Shown here: positions 63,376-64,000 of the stretch, in pieces
Position numbering within the stretch: the stretch's first letter is position 1
How the letters are laid out: each line of letters begins with the position of its first letter
Origin: Candidatus Thorarchaeota archaeon
GTDB lineage: Archaea > Asgardarchaeota > Thorarchaeia > Thorarchaeales > Thorarchaeaceae
NCBI GenBank assembly: GCA_021498125.1
Contig: JAIZWL010000001.1
Location: 197,434 to 261,433, forward strand
Direction of reading: 5' to 3'
Length of the DNA stretch: 64,000 nucleotides
Position numbers and translations under genes: made by a program
Notes under the pieces: generated by a model
The model's input: the letters and a program-made list of their open reading frames with translations, nothing else
The model's database searches: none
Told to the model about the DNA's origin: nothing

Positions 63376-64000
63376 ACTGATCTTGGTTGTAGTTGAAGAC
63401 TATAGAGTGAGTGATACTTGCCGCCGCTGGTCATCAGCTCGGCATGTGTCCCCTCTTCTACTATTTTTCCCGCTTCAAGCACAAGAATCCTGTCAGCCCT
63501 AACAATGGTTGATAATCTGTGTGCAATAACGATTGATGTTCGCCCCTTGAGCAATGATTGCATGCCTTTCTGAATGGCATATTCCGTATACACATCCACT
63601 GAGCTTGTTGCCTCGTCCAATACAAGGATTCGCGGATCCGCAAGTAGGGCGCGGGCAAAACTGATCAATTGTCGTTCCCCCTCTGAGAGTCGTCCACCGC
63701 GTTCACCTACTTGAGTATCAAGGCCATCGTGGAGACCCTCAATGATTGGCAACGCCCCAATCGCCTTGATAGCACTCAAGACCTCCTCGTCAGTTGCCTC
63801 GGGCCTGCCATATCTAATGTTGTCTCTGACAGTTCCCATGAAGAGAAATGGCTCTTGCAGGACAAGCCCAATAGTAGAGTGGAGCGACTCTTGTTTCACA
63901 GATCTGATATCAATTCCATCAATCTCTATCGAGCCCCTCTGCACATCATAGAACCTATTCAGCAGGCTGACCACGGTCGTCTTCCCCGCCCCTGTGTCAC
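63345..64000 (-). CDS. ABC transporter ATP-binding domain (exporter-type, MsbA-like), C-terminal portion; gene continues beyond the window end
   Basis: LSEGERQ signature variant, ILVLDEATSSVD Walker B, H-loop IAHRLST. The reverse complement of the last 26 nt encodes GxxGAGKTT (Walker A), so the N-terminal part lies outside the window. Confidence 0.8.
   Translation of the reverse strand, partial: DTGAGKTTVVSLLNRFYDVQRGSIEIDGIDIRSVKQESLHSTIGLVLQEPFLFMGTVRDNIRYGRPEATDEEVLSAIKAIGALPIIEGLHDGLDTQVGERGGRLSEGERQLISFARALLADPRILVLDEATSSVDVYTEYAIQKGMQSLLKGRTSIVIAHRLSTIVRADRILVLEAGKIVEEGTHAELMTSGGKYHSLYSLQLQPRSVQTTQSGSQS

Noticed and set aside
1-64000. Search for CRISPR arrays, integrase/transposase genes, inverted terminal repeats or a sharp compositional island
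   Set aside because: No regularly spaced direct repeats, no recombinase-like ORFs and no obvious GC discontinuity were seen. The accessory-looking genes appear chromosomally embedded.

Overview
This window reads as a chromosomal segment from an archaeon, most plausibly an Asgard-type lineage. The main clues are two tandem genes whose products look like profilins and a eukaryote-type ribosomal protein L38e (eL38). Organism identity is inferred from gene content only; I cannot run a similarity search here.

Most of the window is conserved archaeal housekeeping:
- aCPSF1/FttA (KH domains plus beta-CASP nuclease, partial at the 5' window edge)
- proteasome beta subunit, FKBP-type isomerase, Pus10, TruD, Pth2, Alba, and a second beta-CASP nuclease
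- the conserved run L21e - RpoF - DUF655 - KsgA - methyltransferase
- succinyl-CoA synthetase beta/alpha, NOL1/NOP2/Sun RNA methyltransferase with a PUA-domain partner, a yeast-type cytosine deaminase, threonine synthase, phosphoglucosamine mutase, and ferredoxin-fused EtfAB

One tRNA was found by eye: tRNA-Val(CAC) on the minus strand at 13524..13630, carrying a 30-nt insertion in the T-loop that I interpret as a non-canonical intron.

The accessory-looking content is:
- a 2261-aa membrane-anchored protein with a transglutaminase core and about 15 Ig-like repeats, followed by DUF4350-like, MoxR ATPase, DUF58/vWA and membrane proteins (about 24.9-36.9 kb)
- a Hel308/Ski2-type helicase paralog with substituted ATPase motifs and a C-terminal SWIM zinc finger
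- a secreted metacaspase-like peptidase, a BNR/Asp-box surface protein, and an isolated uS19 gene flanked by TPR proteins
- several GGTCA/TGACC-containing palindromes and hairpin-plus-T-tract terminator-like elements

No CRISPR array, integrase or transposase was recognised. All functional calls rest on motif reading and recollection of family signatures.
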